Origin: an uncultured virus (IMG/VR IMGVR_UViG_3300008262_000233)
Lineage: Duplodnaviria; Heunggongvirae; Uroviricota; Caudoviricetes
Direction: 5' to 3' (one strand)
Length of the DNA stretch: 64,000 nucleotides
Virus record (IMG/VR): IMGVR_UViG_3300008262_000233
Below, piece after piece: positions 29,860 through 40,259 of this stretch. The notes beneath the pieces were generated by a model. It was given only the letters and a program-made list of their open reading frames with translations, ran no database searches and had not been told where the DNA came from. Numbering within the stretch: the stretch's first letter is position 1; every line of letters begins with the position of its first letter. Made by a program: the position numbers and the translations under genes.

Positions 29860-31404
29860 ATGGAAAAAAAATTACTACCTTATTTAGTCGTGATATCGGC
29901 ACTTTCAGTGTCATTATCTGCGGCATTTTATTCTGTTACTGGACTTGGAAAGATGTTTTCTGGGGCAAGTGTTCAAGTGATGATAATGATGTCGTCACTT
30001 GAAATTGCTAAGTTAGTCTTAGCTTCTCTTTTATATCAATACTGGGCAAATTTGAACAGAGCTTTAAAAACTTATTATTTTATAGCTCTTTTTGTGCTTA
30101 TGTCTATTACCTCTGCTGGTATTTATGGATATCTTTCTTCTGCTTATTCTGATACCTTGAATAAAGTTGAAAATATTGACAAGCAAGTTGGTGTACTTGG
30201 TACAAAAAGAGAAATGTTTCAAACTCAGTTAAACGATGCTAGAACAGAAAAAGAAAGATTGAATCAAAATATTGCTGAGTTAACAAAGGGTGTTTCTAAT
30301 AACTTTGTGCAAAGTAAAGATAAAGATGGAAACATTATCACTACGACTTCAGCTGCAAATAGAAAAGTCTATGAAGAACAATTAAAATCATCTCAAAAAA
30401 GAAGAGATGATATATTACTTACTGAGACAGCGTTAAACGACTCTATTACTAAAATAGACTTGAAGAAACTTGAGTTGGAGACTAATACTGACATTGCAGG
30501 AGAAATCGGTCCACTAAAATATATTGCAAAGTTGACTGGGAAGTCTATGGACCAAGTAATAAATTGGTTTATTATCGCACTTATGTTAGTTTTTGACCCT
30601 CTTGCTGTATCACTTGTAGTGGGTGCAAACGTTATTTTTAGAGATAAAAATAAAGAAAAGGAAAAACTAAAATTGAGTCAGGAAATTGACCAAAAAATAA
30701 TTGAATTTGATAGTCGAAAATTAGAGATAGAAACCTTAAACTCCGAAATTGAAGAAAGACTTAAAATAGTAGATGAAAAGGAAACACAAATTGAAGATTA
30801 TAAAGTTCAAAAAGAACAAGAGTTTGAAAACAGAAATAGTGAGTTAGAATCTCAATTTATTAAAAAAAGTGATACTTTGGAATCTGATTATAGAGATTTA
30901 ATAGCAAGTCTAGATGATAGAAAAAAATCACTTGATGAACTAGACGCGGAGTTGACTAAAAAAGTTCAAGATCTTGCTAACGATTTTAAAATGAAGCAGG
31001 AATCATTTGATTCATTTAAAAAAGAAGAAACCTTAAAGTTAGAGAAAATTAAATCTGATTTAGACCAGAAAAAGATAGAGGTAGATTCAAAAGAAAAGTC
31101 TGTAAATGAGACCATAGAGTCCGAAATGACGAAGGCTAAAGAGAAATTTCAGAAAGAAGTTGATTTGTTAAATACTCAGAAAAAAGAATTGGCATCTCTT
31201 AAAAAACAAATTTCTTTAGAAAAAAAAGAATTAGAATCAGAGACAGAGAAACTTCAAGAAATGAGAGATCAAATACTTGAAAAGCAGACTGATCTAGAAA
31301 AATTAGATAACGAGATCAAACAATGGGAATCACAACATTGGCAGATGCAAAGATTAAAAGGTTATAACGGAACACCACCGCCACCTCCTTCTGCTATAGT
31401 TTAA
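29860..31404 (+). CDS. Membrane-anchored long coiled-coil protein
   Basis: N-terminal TM helices (SAAFYS..GL, LEIAK, TSAGIYGYLS), GPLKY, VFDPLA, then K/E heptads. Confidence 0.78.
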   Translation: MEKKLLPYLVVISALSVSLSAAFYSVTGLGKMFSGASVQVMIMMSSLEIAKLVLASLLYQYWANLNRALKTYYFIALFVLMSITSAGIYGYLSSAYSDTLNKVENIDKQVGVLGTKREMFQTQLNDARTEKERLNQNIAELTKGVSNNFVQSKDKDGNIITTTSAANRKVYEEQLKSSQKRRDDILLTETALNDSITKIDLKKLELETNTDIAGEIGPLKYIAKLTGKSMDQVINWFIIALMLVFDPLAVSLVVGANVIFRDKNKEKEKLKLSQEIDQKIIEFDSRKLEIETLNSEIEERLKIVDEKETQIEDYKVQKEQEFENRNSELESQFIKKSDTLESDYRDLIASLDDRKKSLDELDAELTKKVQDLANDFKMKQESFDSFKKEETLKLEKIKSDLDQKKIEVDSKEKSVNETIESEMTKAKEKFQKEVDLLNTQKKELASLKKQISLEKKELESETEKLQEMRDQILEKQTDLEKLDNEIKQWESQHWQMQRLKGYNGTPPPPPSAIV

Positions 31405-31410
31405 AAAATA

Positions 31411-31439
31411 AAAACCTCTGAAAGTTCAGAGGTTTTTTT
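31411..31439. terminator. Bidirectional intrinsic terminator
   Basis: AAAACCTCTGA-AAGT-TCAGAGGTTTT between convergent genes. Confidence 0.85.
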
Positions 31440-32253
31440 ATAAGTTATCACTACAGTAACCTTCTTCATAGGATTTTACAGCTCTATCTAACTCATCATA
31501 ATGAATTACTAGTCTATCTTTATCGTTTAGATCTTCTTCATCTTCATGATAAAAGTCCGCAATTACTATTATTTCATCATTTGTTAAAAAACCAAATGAA
31601 ACAAATCCAAGTTCTTCAATGTCTTGAGAGTCTATTAGCCTCTCAGCTTCAATCACTCCTCTTTCTTTTAGCATCTTTACAATATTTTCTTGAGCTTGTT
31701 TTAATGGGCTATTTTCTTTTTGAAATCTTTTTTTAGCCTCAATAAGTTCATTTGTAATTATGTAGTGATACATACTTAGCCTCAGACTGAATGTACCAAA
31801 TTCTTTAAGATTATTACCAGAACCTATAAATGGAACCTCACTTACAGTCTTGGTTTTGACATTAAGGTCTTCAGCTTTACTGATTCTACCAGAACACTCT
31901 TCGAATATCTTAATGAAATTTGATAGATTGTCCAAAAAATCTTTATATTTATCAGTATCCATGTAATAACTTTTAGAATAGTCGTTTGTTGGATTTTCAA
32001 TTTGTTTTGTAAAAGAGATGTCGTATGAAATTCTGATACCATCATCTGACATTTTTGTTCCTTCAATTTTTTGTTGACTGAACATTTCAGACGCTATTTG
32101 AATTTCAAATCCTTCATCAATAAGATCAGTGAAATAATCTTTAATTAAAGAATCTGGTAGTCTATATTTATCCTCTATTTGATAAAACTCCTCACTATTT
32201 TCAAAATGTATTGTATTAGATTCTAGAAATTTACTCCATTTAAAAATTCTCAT
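31438..32253 (-). CDS. Hypothetical protein with CTS-like leader (MRIFKWSKFLES)
   Basis: ORF track; TAATATATA at 32259-32267 (minus). Confidence 0.75.
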   Translation of the reverse strand: MRIFKWSKFLESNTIHFENSEEFYQIEDKYRLPDSLIKDYFTDLIDEGFEIQIASEMFSQQKIEGTKMSDDGIRISYDISFTKQIENPTNDYSKSYYMDTDKYKDFLDNLSNFIKIFEECSGRISKAEDLNVKTKTVSEVPFIGSGNNLKEFGTFSLRLSMYHYIITNELIEAKKRFQKENSPLKQAQENIVKMLKERGVIEAERLIDSQDIEELGFVSFGFLTNDEIIVIADFYHEDEEDLNDKDRLVIHYDELDRAVKSYEEGYCSDNL

Positions 32254-32272
32254 AATTGTATATATTATGAGT

Positions 32273-33043
32273 CTATTTCCAAATTTCTTCTAGGTCAATT
32301 TTAGCAGTGACATCAATTATTTGCGAGTCTCTTTTAAGTGAATATCTACCTATTTCAGATAACTTTTTGACTATCTTTCTGATATATTTTCTATCAGACT
32401 CTGGAATATCAAAATTAAATATTTGTATTAGATTATCGATTTCTTGAAAAGACAATGTTGATTTGTTACCAAGAAAGTATAGAAAATCATAAGAGTAAGT
32501 ATTATAGGATTCAGAATTAGGATCATCTGATTTTGATACAAGGAAGTGTGTTAATGAGTTTTCAATACCTATTGATGGAACAGAGTATTTATAACCATTA
32601 AAGTTAAATTCTTTGGTTTCTGTGTCATACTTTTCAATTAAATCAAGTTCTGGTTCGTAATAATTGAAAGTTTCAGATTCGAAATTTATTAGTTCATCTT
32701 TTCCATTTGTATCGTTAAAATAGTTTAATTTTATTGGTTTATTATTTGTAAACTTGACTATCTCTAAAAATAGGAAAACAATATCTATACTTTTTATATC
32801 GTTGTAAGTATAGTTTTTTGATAAAATAACATTTTTTTCTACAATCTTTTTAAGTCTTGTAATTACTGAACCAAGATTTTCTTTGTTGTACTTATATTCG
32901 TATTCGATAATGTCTTCGATTTTGGCTTTTTTGATATAGAGTTCAAAATCGTCTTTGTAAAAAAGTCCTTGTGAAGGAAGGTAAATTACTTCGATTTTTT
33001 TTTGAACATTTAAAATACCTTTAATAATCGATATTAAATTCAT
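32273..33043 (-). CDS. T4 gp26/gp51-like baseplate hub protein
   Basis: LPSQGLFY, D...LFL.I...T and P.IG pattern seen in T4-like baseplate hub assembly proteins. Confidence 0.55.
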   Translation of the reverse strand: MNLISIIKGILNVQKKIEVIYLPSQGLFYKDDFELYIKKAKIEDIIEYEYKYNKENLGSVITRLKKIVEKNVILSKNYTYNDIKSIDIVFLFLEIVKFTNNKPIKLNYFNDTNGKDELINFESETFNYYEPELDLIEKYDTETKEFNFNGYKYSVPSIGIENSLTHFLVSKSDDPNSESYNTYSYDFLYFLGNKSTLSFQEIDNLIQIFNFDIPESDRKYIRKIVKKLSEIGRYSLKRDSQIIDVTAKIDLEEIWK

Positions 33044-33052
33044 TTAATTTAT

Positions 33053-34165
33053 TTAGTTTTCTTGAAGTATTAAATAAATAGTTTGAGCAAATTCATTTAT
33101 TGGTACTTCATCAAATATCTTTTTATCTTTTAATTCAACTTGAACTAAATTTTTCTTAACATCATACTTTACGTGTATTATATAATGTTTTGACTTGTAA
33201 TTTATATCAAATAAATAAAAATAGTTTCCTTGATGTTGCCAATCAGCTTCTATTTGAAAATCCTCTAGTTTATTAAACTCGTTGAATAATTCAGAAATTG
33301 ATCTAGTTTCATCTGTTGAAAAAAGAGGAAAAACTTTTTCTCGAATAGTATCTAATAGTCTCTTTGCCTCCAAATTAGGATCAGAATTTAGGTTTAATTG
33401 AAATGTTAGATTCATTGAATTTGTTTTCTCACCAATCTTTTTTAGATTATTTAGAGTATCATAATGTATTGGTAAACTATCTCTCATCCAAGTTCGGAAA
33501 ATGAAATCTGGTTTATCTAAATCTAAATCTTGTATCCATCTATCATTTAGATTCCTTGAGCTATTGAAGAAAAAACTTGTTGATATTTTATAATTTAAAT
33601 AATTAGATTCAATATTCTCTCTATTTAATTTTAGATTTACTCCAAGTTTACTTAGATATTTTCTTATCCATATAGTCAGACTTTTGGTGTTGCCAAAATC
33701 ATCGGTTGTCAGATCTATAACTGATGTGTAAGGATTGTCTTTTATCTCCCATATCTCATCTTCTATTGAGTATTCAAACTCACAAATAAATTTTAATACT
33801 TGATACTCTTTTTCATTGCAAATCACAAATTCATTTATTGGGAATGATTGTAATGATATACATTTAATCTTCTCATCAAATTCTAAAGATAATGTAGATT
33901 CGATTCTTGGTGATATACTATCAAATTCTTCTTTTTCAATTCTTCCATTGAATGATACTAAGTAACTTCTAAATTCTAAGTCGTCACTAGAATATTCACT
34001 CCTTTTTAAATCGTGACAAGTTATTTGATTATCATTGATTGCAATAATTGATTGGTGAATTACTGGAACTATTGATTCTTCTATTTCAGAAAGAATAATA
34101 TCTTCTACTGTGTCTTTTATAAATGATAACTCGTTATAATCTTTGAATTCTAATAGAAGCCTCAT
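33053..34165 (-). CDS. Hypothetical protein with CTS-like leader (MRLLLEFKDYNE)
   Basis: ORF track; TATATA element at about 34173. Confidence 0.72.
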   Translation of the reverse strand: MRLLLEFKDYNELSFIKDTVEDIILSEIEESIVPVIHQSIIAINDNQITCHDLKRSEYSSDDLEFRSYLVSFNGRIEKEEFDSISPRIESTLSLEFDEKIKCISLQSFPINEFVICNEKEYQVLKFICEFEYSIEDEIWEIKDNPYTSVIDLTTDDFGNTKSLTIWIRKYLSKLGVNLKLNRENIESNYLNYKISTSFFFNSSRNLNDRWIQDLDLDKPDFIFRTWMRDSLPIHYDTLNNLKKIGEKTNSMNLTFQLNLNSDPNLEAKRLLDTIREKVFPLFSTDETRSISELFNEFNKLEDFQIEADWQHQGNYFYLFDINYKSKHYIIHVKYDVKKNLVQVELKDKKIFDEVPINEFAQTIYLILQEN

Positions 34166-34200
34166 GATAGAGTATATATAATTAAAATTGAATTAGATAA

Positions 34201-34923
34201 ATGTTAATTTTAGATGATTGTTATAACTATCTTTCTAAGATTGAAAATAATAGTATTGACCTAATCTTGACAGATCCTCCTTATGCTGTTTCAAGAACTT
34301 CAAATTTTGATAAAATATCAAAAACTGCTGATGAGACTTTGAGAGTTAAATACACAAAACATTCAATTGATTTCGGATATTGGGACACTGAAATAGATTT
34401 AGATATTTTATTTAAAGAATACTATCGAGTTCTTAAAAAAGGTGGAACACTTATAATTTTTTATGATATTTGGAAAAGCTCACTTATAAAACAGTTCGCT
34501 GATAAGTGGAAATTTAAACAACCAAGAGTTGGTCAATGGTTAAAAACAAATCCAGTTCCGATTAACTCTAAAGTTAATTATCTTTCAAATGCTTCTGAAT
34601 ACTTTTTTTCTTTTATTAAAGATAAAAATCCGACATTTAATTCTGAGTACGATCCAGGAATTTATAAATATCCACTTTGTCATGGTAAAGAAAGACTTGA
34701 ACATCCAACACAGAAACCACTTGGTCTGATAAAGGATTTAATCAAAAAACATTCAAATATTGGTAATACTGTTCTTGATACATTTTCTGGAGTCGCGACC
34801 ACTGCTATTGCTTGTATAGAAACAGAAAGAAAGTGGATTTGTATCGAAAGAGATGAGAATTACTATAATATTTCAAAAAAACGACTAGAAAATCACAAAC
34901 AATCTAATTTAGACACTATATAA
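34201..34923 (+). CDS. Beta-class N4/N6 DNA methyltransferase
   Basis: TDPPY before HPTQKP and LDTFSG. Confidence 0.92.
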   Translation: MLILDDCYNYLSKIENNSIDLILTDPPYAVSRTSNFDKISKTADETLRVKYTKHSIDFGYWDTEIDLDILFKEYYRVLKKGGTLIIFYDIWKSSLIKQFADKWKFKQPRVGQWLKTNPVPINSKVNYLSNASEYFFSFIKDKNPTFNSEYDPGIYKYPLCHGKERLEHPTQKPLGLIKDLIKKHSNIGNTVLDTFSGVATTAIACIETERKWICIERDENYYNISKKRLENHKQSNLDTI

Positions 34924-34945
34924 TAAAAAAATATACTGTTAACAA

Positions 34946-35347
34946 ATGTCTTTTAAAATAAAAAATTCACAAATTAATAATGAGGCTTTAGAATGTTTGA
35001 ATTCAATAATCGATGAGGATATCAATGCCGGTGCTGCTTTTAAACTAACAAGAATTCTAAAATTTATTTCAACTATAGTTGAGGATCGAGTAAAGGCAGA
35101 AGAGAAAATACTTGATAAGTGGGTCCAAAAGGATGAAAATGGTCAGATAAAAAAAGCAACGGGTGAAAATGGTGAAGATTTGCCAGATACAGTTTATATA
35201 AAAGATGTAGATGCATTTAGTAAGGATATGTCTGATCTATTGAATGCCGAAAATGTAATTCCATTTGAAAAGTTAGAGTTTTCAGAACTAGGACTCAAGA
35301 CTGCTAAAATTAAAGATCTTCTAAAGATCGAATTTCTTTTCAATTAA
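34946..35347 (+). CDS. Hypothetical protein
   Basis: ORF track; AAAC-N18-TATAA at 34897-34923. Confidence 0.72.
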   Translation: MSFKIKNSQINNEALECLNSIIDEDINAGAAFKLTRILKFISTIVEDRVKAEEKILDKWVQKDENGQIKKATGENGEDLPDTVYIKDVDAFSKDMSDLLNAENVIPFEKLEFSELGLKTAKIKDLLKIEFLFN

Positions 35348-35414
35348 TTTATTCAAAGAAAATATTATTATAAACTGACGAAGTTAATATATACAATAAA
35401 ATTGTATAATTTTA

Positions 35415-36965
35415 ATGGCAGTTGCAACTTATAGTATAAGTGTAGGGACCACACAGGAGTCAAGTAGTAAATCGCTAATAACAGATGTGTTGTCTCTTTT
35501 ACCTGATAATACTTCTAAAGAAATTACACCTAGAGATGTAAGAGATGCCATTTTTTCTGCATGGGAAAGTTCAGTCATAAGATATACATCTGATGGTGCA
35601 ACTGACTATATCGGAATTGATAGAAATACTGTCAAAGATACCAAAATATTTCTAGGTAAAAAAGAAATATCAGGAACAACTGTTCTTAGTGGTCTTTTAG
35701 GCAGTGATACTGATATATTTCTATACAATACAAAATCTGACTCAGCCTTAACTCAGAATTTCAAAATGAGTTTACTAGCTGGATCTAATACTGGTTTATT
35801 TTCAACAGCTCCTTATATATCCTCTGAATTTGTATCAGGTTCACCGAATTATCTTTCACTCGGATTAGTAAATCCTGGAACTTACGGTACAATAAATATT
35901 GAAAGTGGTTCATCCGCGAGTATAAGTATAAATAATTTAATATTTCCATCAACAAGTTATGTTGATGATATAGTGAATTTAGTAGTAACACCTCAAGCAT
36001 CAGATGGAAGTACACTCTTGTTAGCTACAAGAGCCGGTGGTAATGTTGAGTTACTTACACCAGCCGCTTTAGCAGGTGGTACTATTGGTGCAACTGGTTC
36101 ACCTACTAACATCTACGGAACGCCGGTCACTGTAAACGGTCAACCTTTAGAATATACAAATGCTATTCCGACTGTAACTCAGACTGGTGGTGTTGCAATT
36201 GGTACAACCTTCACAGATGTTCCACTTGTAGATGTGCTTACTGCCATACTTTATCCTTATATACCACCAGCTGCTACAATTATAATTACAACATCACTTG
36301 GTGTTAATAGAACACTTGAGAGAAATCACTCATCTAATACTTCAATTGCTTATACATATACTTTAACTAAAGCTACTTATAATATTACTTCTACTTCTTT
36401 ACAAGTTTTAAGAAATGGTACATTAATAGTTAATGACTCATCTCTATCAACTCTTTCAGGTTCAGGTTTAATCACAAATACATATACAAATACAAGAAAT
36501 ATAACTGCTGCTGAAGTTTCATCTGTTTCTAATGGACCTTGTGTGATGACATTTTCTATTGTTCCGACTGATGGAACTTCTTCAGGCACAGCTTCTACAA
36601 GAATAGAATTTGTTTATCCATATTTTTACGGATTTAGTGCAACAAACGTGACAGATGGTGCTGGATTTAATGGTATCAACTCATCACTTAGCAAAAAATT
36701 AGATATTGGTGGTAGTCAATCAGTTGCTATGAATGGTACAGGATATATGTATTTCGCATATCCAGCTTATCACGGAAACTTGACTACTATTAAAGATGGA
36801 AATGACTTTACGGAATTTTCACCAGTTGATTTTAGTACTTGGACTTACTCGTACTACGCAAATATACAAGGCACAAATTGGTCTAATGGTCAATACTATG
36901 TCTATAAAAAATGGGTTAGTGTATCTACTGTTAATCCAACACAAACATATAAATTTAATTTCTAA
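35415..36965 (+). CDS. Virion structural / tail-associated protein
   Basis: T/S/G-rich beta composition, YFAYPA..G.LTTIKDGN; TAATATATA at 35385-35393. Confidence 0.65.
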   Translation: MAVATYSISVGTTQESSSKSLITDVLSLLPDNTSKEITPRDVRDAIFSAWESSVIRYTSDGATDYIGIDRNTVKDTKIFLGKKEISGTTVLSGLLGSDTDIFLYNTKSDSALTQNFKMSLLAGSNTGLFSTAPYISSEFVSGSPNYLSLGLVNPGTYGTINIESGSSASISINNLIFPSTSYVDDIVNLVVTPQASDGSTLLLATRAGGNVELLTPAALAGGTIGATGSPTNIYGTPVTVNGQPLEYTNAIPTVTQTGGVAIGTTFTDVPLVDVLTAILYPYIPPAATIIITTSLGVNRTLERNHSSNTSIAYTYTLTKATYNITSTSLQVLRNGTLIVNDSSLSTLSGSGLITNTYTNTRNITAAEVSSVSNGPCVMTFSIVPTDGTSSGTASTRIEFVYPYFYGFSATNVTDGAGFNGINSSLSKKLDIGGSQSVAMNGTGYMYFAYPAYHGNLTTIKDGNDFTEFSPVDFSTWTYSYYANIQGTNWSNGQYYVYKKWVSVSTVNPTQTYKFNF

Positions 36966-36967
36966 AT

Positions 36968-38497
36968 ATGTCAATAAATATACAAGATACATTTAAAGTT
37001 AACATCGGACTTCCAATCGACTCCAGGATTGTAGCAACAACTTCTGCAGTTAGAGATGCTATTACATATAAATATGATGGACTTAGTGTATTCCAATTAA
37101 GTGATAGAAAGACATACACTTGGAATGCGAATACTGCTACTTGGTCAGGTACTGCTGATTTCGTGGGTGCTGGTAATGTGGGTTATCTGGCACGTTTTAG
37201 TGATGTTAGAGGACTTACCTCCTCAGCATTATATATGACGACTGGTTCTACTCCACTAAAGGGTAAAATAGGTATAAATACACCTAATCCGCAAGAAATA
37301 TTTCAAATTAACGTTGATACAGGTAGTGCTGATCCTTTTGTTGTTTCTCAAGCTACTAATACGATTCTAGCACTTAACTGGTACAATGATGGAACTGATA
37401 AATCGTTTTCAAATGCAAATCCGTCTGCTGCAATAAAATTTAGAAGAACTGATGGAGCAATACATTTTCTTAGTAGGGCTGCAAGCACTTCTGCTTTAGA
37501 TTCAAGTGATACATTCAATGTAAATAACGTTTTAGCAAGATTTTCACTTGGTTCTATAAATTTCACTAGAGATTTGAATTTCAACAATGCTAACAGCGGT
37601 TCAAGTGCCGCTTATATTAGAGCTACTGGATCCGTCGTGTCATCTTTTTCGACTAAGTCACTTCCAGACTATACCTGGAATAGCGATGGATCTACAGGTC
37701 TTTATCATCCAGCTTCCGCCAGAATTGGTTTTGCTATCGGTGGTCAACAGAAAATGGTACTTAACGCCAGTGGCTTACTTATAAGTTCAGATGATACAGC
37801 AGTAACAACACCGTCAAGCAGACTACACTTACACAACTCAACTGCTGCTCAAACATATTTACAGATATCAAATGTTAATACTGGTAGTGGTGCGAACGAT
37901 TCGATGCTTGTTGGAATAAGTCAAGAGGGTTGGCCTCAGATTCAAAGTAGATGGGATAACAAACCATTTTTAATTAGATTTTCAAATGGTAATACTGGTG
38001 GTGGTAATTTCTTCCGATTCGAAAGAAACTATTTCACAATTTTCTCAAACGAATTAGGAAGTGGTTTTAGTGAAATGACTTCAAATGCCTACGACCGTGT
38101 GATGTATGGAACTAGAAATTTTAACTGGTTTTCTGAGGCAAGTCAAGCATTCAGAACCGTTTTTCAACTTACATTACCTAGTAGTTCATCTGTCATTATT
38201 GAGTGTCAATTTAACACGTCGATAAATGCTAGTGGAAACAAACAGTTTAGAAACCAGAAATCAATATACGCTTTTACAGTAAACTTATCAGGCGCTATAC
38301 AACAATTGCCTGGTAGTCCTGATCTTATTTCAGAAAGTGCTTCTTCAAGTATCTCATTTATTGGACAATCACAAGTTGTGTCTGCTGGTGCAAATACTTT
38401 AGCGTTTCAGGTAAATTTAGGTAATGGTGCGAATGGATGGTCAGGAAGATCGGTTGTTTCTTTTACATCAACGGTCAACAGATACCAAGGGCACTAA
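36968..38497 (+). CDS. Tail fibre-like protein
   Basis: IGINTPNP and P.SRLHL fibre-type motifs; S/G/N-rich. Confidence 0.65.
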   Translation: MSINIQDTFKVNIGLPIDSRIVATTSAVRDAITYKYDGLSVFQLSDRKTYTWNANTATWSGTADFVGAGNVGYLARFSDVRGLTSSALYMTTGSTPLKGKIGINTPNPQEIFQINVDTGSADPFVVSQATNTILALNWYNDGTDKSFSNANPSAAIKFRRTDGAIHFLSRAASTSALDSSDTFNVNNVLARFSLGSINFTRDLNFNNANSGSSAAYIRATGSVVSSFSTKSLPDYTWNSDGSTGLYHPASARIGFAIGGQQKMVLNASGLLISSDDTAVTTPSSRLHLHNSTAAQTYLQISNVNTGSGANDSMLVGISQEGWPQIQSRWDNKPFLIRFSNGNTGGGNFFRFERNYFTIFSNELGSGFSEMTSNAYDRVMYGTRNFNWFSEASQAFRTVFQLTLPSSSSVIIECQFNTSINASGNKQFRNQKSIYAFTVNLSGAIQQLPGSPDLISESASSSISFIGQSQVVSAGANTLAFQVNLGNGANGWSGRSVVSFTSTVNRYQGH

Positions 38498-39186
38498 TTA
38501 TCAACCTCTTCAAACCACCAGTTGAAATAAACAAAGTTGTCACCAGTCAAGGTATATTGATTACTATCATATTCAAAAATTAATCTACCGTCATATGATT
38601 TCAAAACTTCAATTATTGAGTTTTGTGGAAGTCTAAGTAATTTACCAGTGAGGTTTGAATAACAAATGACCTCATCTTTTAGTAGTTTGAACTTACCAAA
38701 TTGAGGTTTCATCCAGTTTTTGATATGTTTGATAATTAATCCCTTGGTTTTGATAATCCATTCTTTTGTTTGAAGTAAAAGATGGTCTTTGAATACCTCT
38801 GATTTAAATTCTGGATTATTTAATATATCTGTAATAACGCCCCAATATTCATCTTCGTCAATTTTAAAACTTAAATAAACATCATACTGAAAACTACTTG
38901 ATTTCACTATTCTAATGATTTTTACATTTGAAATTTCTTGGTCTTCTAGTGAAAGTTTTGACTTTAGTGTTTTATAACCTTGTGTATTCTGAAGAGCTCT
39001 TGAAAGGTTTCCAAGTTTTGATATTGCTTGTCTTACTACATCTTCGTGTTTGTCAAATGCATTAATAGAAAGGCTAGGATCATCAACGTGAATTGATGCC
39101 CTCACACTATCGGAATTCAATCTTTGGTAGTTGAACTCAGTCGATTCATTTACAAGAAATTTTTTGTAATTCGATATTCTTTTCAT
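38494..39186 (-). CDS. Hypothetical protein with CTS-like leader (MKRISNYKKFLVNES)
   Basis: ORF track. Confidence 0.75.
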   Translation of the reverse strand: MKRISNYKKFLVNESTEFNYQRLNSDSVRASIHVDDPSLSINAFDKHEDVVRQAISKLGNLSRALQNTQGYKTLKSKLSLEDQEISNVKIIRIVKSSSFQYDVYLSFKIDEDEYWGVITDILNNPEFKSEVFKDHLLLQTKEWIIKTKGLIIKHIKNWMKPQFGKFKLLKDEVICYSNLTGKLLRLPQNSIIEVLKSYDGRLIFEYDSNQYTLTGDNFVYFNWWFEEVDN

Positions 39187-39212
39187 TAGTAATAATCAGT
39201 ATTAAAAAATAA

Positions 39213-39226
39213 TAATATATATATTA
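39213..39226. promoter_or_regulatory. Palindromic, back-to-back late-type promoter TAATATATATATTA
   Basis: Contains TAATATATA on both strands between divergent CTS-leader genes. Confidence 0.65.
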
Positions 39227-39243
39227 AAATCTAATGTTATAAT

Positions 39244-39549
39244 ATGAAGATTAACAGATTCAATGAAAGTGAAGTTCAAAATTTATCCTCTGATAGAACA
39301 GACGAGATTATAAAAAGTCTTCAAGAACTATCAGTTTTAATAAATCAAAAAGATGAGATAATTGAGTCATTAATAAATGAGTTAAATAATTTTAGAGATG
39401 TGTCTAAGTCTAAAAATGATCAAATTGACGATTCAATTTCGAATTTACAAATTGTAAAATCTAGTTTTGTTGAGTCACTTGATAAAATGAATAACGTAGT
39501 TATCAGTTTGAACGATTACAAAGAGTCGGGTAGAAAATACTTATATTAA
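39244..39549 (+). CDS. Coiled-coil protein with CTS-like leader (MKINRFNES)
   Basis: ORF track. Confidence 0.72.
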   Translation: MKINRFNESEVQNLSSDRTDEIIKSLQELSVLINQKDEIIESLINELNNFRDVSKSKNDQIDDSISNLQIVKSSFVESLDKMNNVVISLNDYKESGRKYLY

Positions 39550-39550
39550 T

Positions 39551-39580
39551 AAAAAAGTCCTCAATTTGAGGACTTTTCTT
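39551..39580. terminator. Bidirectional intrinsic terminator
   Basis: AAAAGTCCTCAA-T-TTGAGGACTTTT between convergent genes. Confidence 0.85.
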
Positions 39581-39581
39581 T

Positions 39582-40052
39582 TTACTTTAGATAAGTAAGT
39601 TTATAAATTGTTTTATAAAAAAGAGCTATGATTTCATCTACAATATTGTGAAGGTGTGTATCTTCTGATGATATTGCCTTTCTTTCTTTCTTAATAAATT
39701 CTACATTTTCTTTTAAGTAGTCTAAAGATTTAGTTTCACTAGTAATTGAGGAATCAATTATTTCATATCCTTCTACAATTCCGTATTGACCTTGATATGT
39801 CTCGATTAGATCATCAGTGAATTCTAAAATCTCATTATAAAATTCACCAAGTGCTTCGTGTTGCCATCCAGAACCCATATCACCTTGAACTTGAAGATGA
39901 AAAATATGTGAAACCTGTCTTACTTCAAATAACTTTGAAAAGAAGATTGCAACTTCTGATTTTTCTATTTGAACTTCTGGTTCATTTTGAACAATTTCTT
40001 GTTCATTTAATTTTTCAATTTTTTGTATTTTAAAATCACTAAATCTTTTCAC
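39582..40052 (-). CDS. Dps/ferritin-like four-helix protein (DUF5856-like) with CTS-like leader
   Basis: H.FHLQ, HEALGEFY, DDLIETYQG.YG, TIYKLTYLK; TAATATATA at 40071-40079. Confidence 0.78.
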   Translation of the reverse strand: MKRFSDFKIQKIEKLNEQEIVQNEPEVQIEKSEVAIFFSKLFEVRQVSHIFHLQVQGDMGSGWQHEALGEFYNEILEFTDDLIETYQGQYGIVEGYEIIDSSITSETKSLDYLKENVEFIKKERKAISSEDTHLHNIVDEIIALFYKTIYKLTYLK

Positions 40053-40076
40053 TTTGATTATTATTTTTTTTATATA

Positions 40077-40259
40077 TTATTTTGTCTCACCAATATTTTT
40101 GATGGTATATTCTGACTGTTCTTGGATTGACTGAAGAATTGAATCAGACATGTATCCGGCTTCTCCTTCATTTTCAGCAAAAATTTCTAGTTTTACTTCA
40201 GCAACTACTTCATATTTTTTCAAATATTTATTTTCTAATATTTTCGTGAACTTTTTCAT
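40077..40259 (-). CDS. Small protein with CTS-like leader (MKKFTKILE)
   Basis: ORF track; coupled to the upstream gene. Confidence 0.7.
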   Translation of the reverse strand: MKKFTKILENKYLKKYEVVAEVKLEIFAENEGEAGYMSDSILQSIQEQSEYTIKNIGETK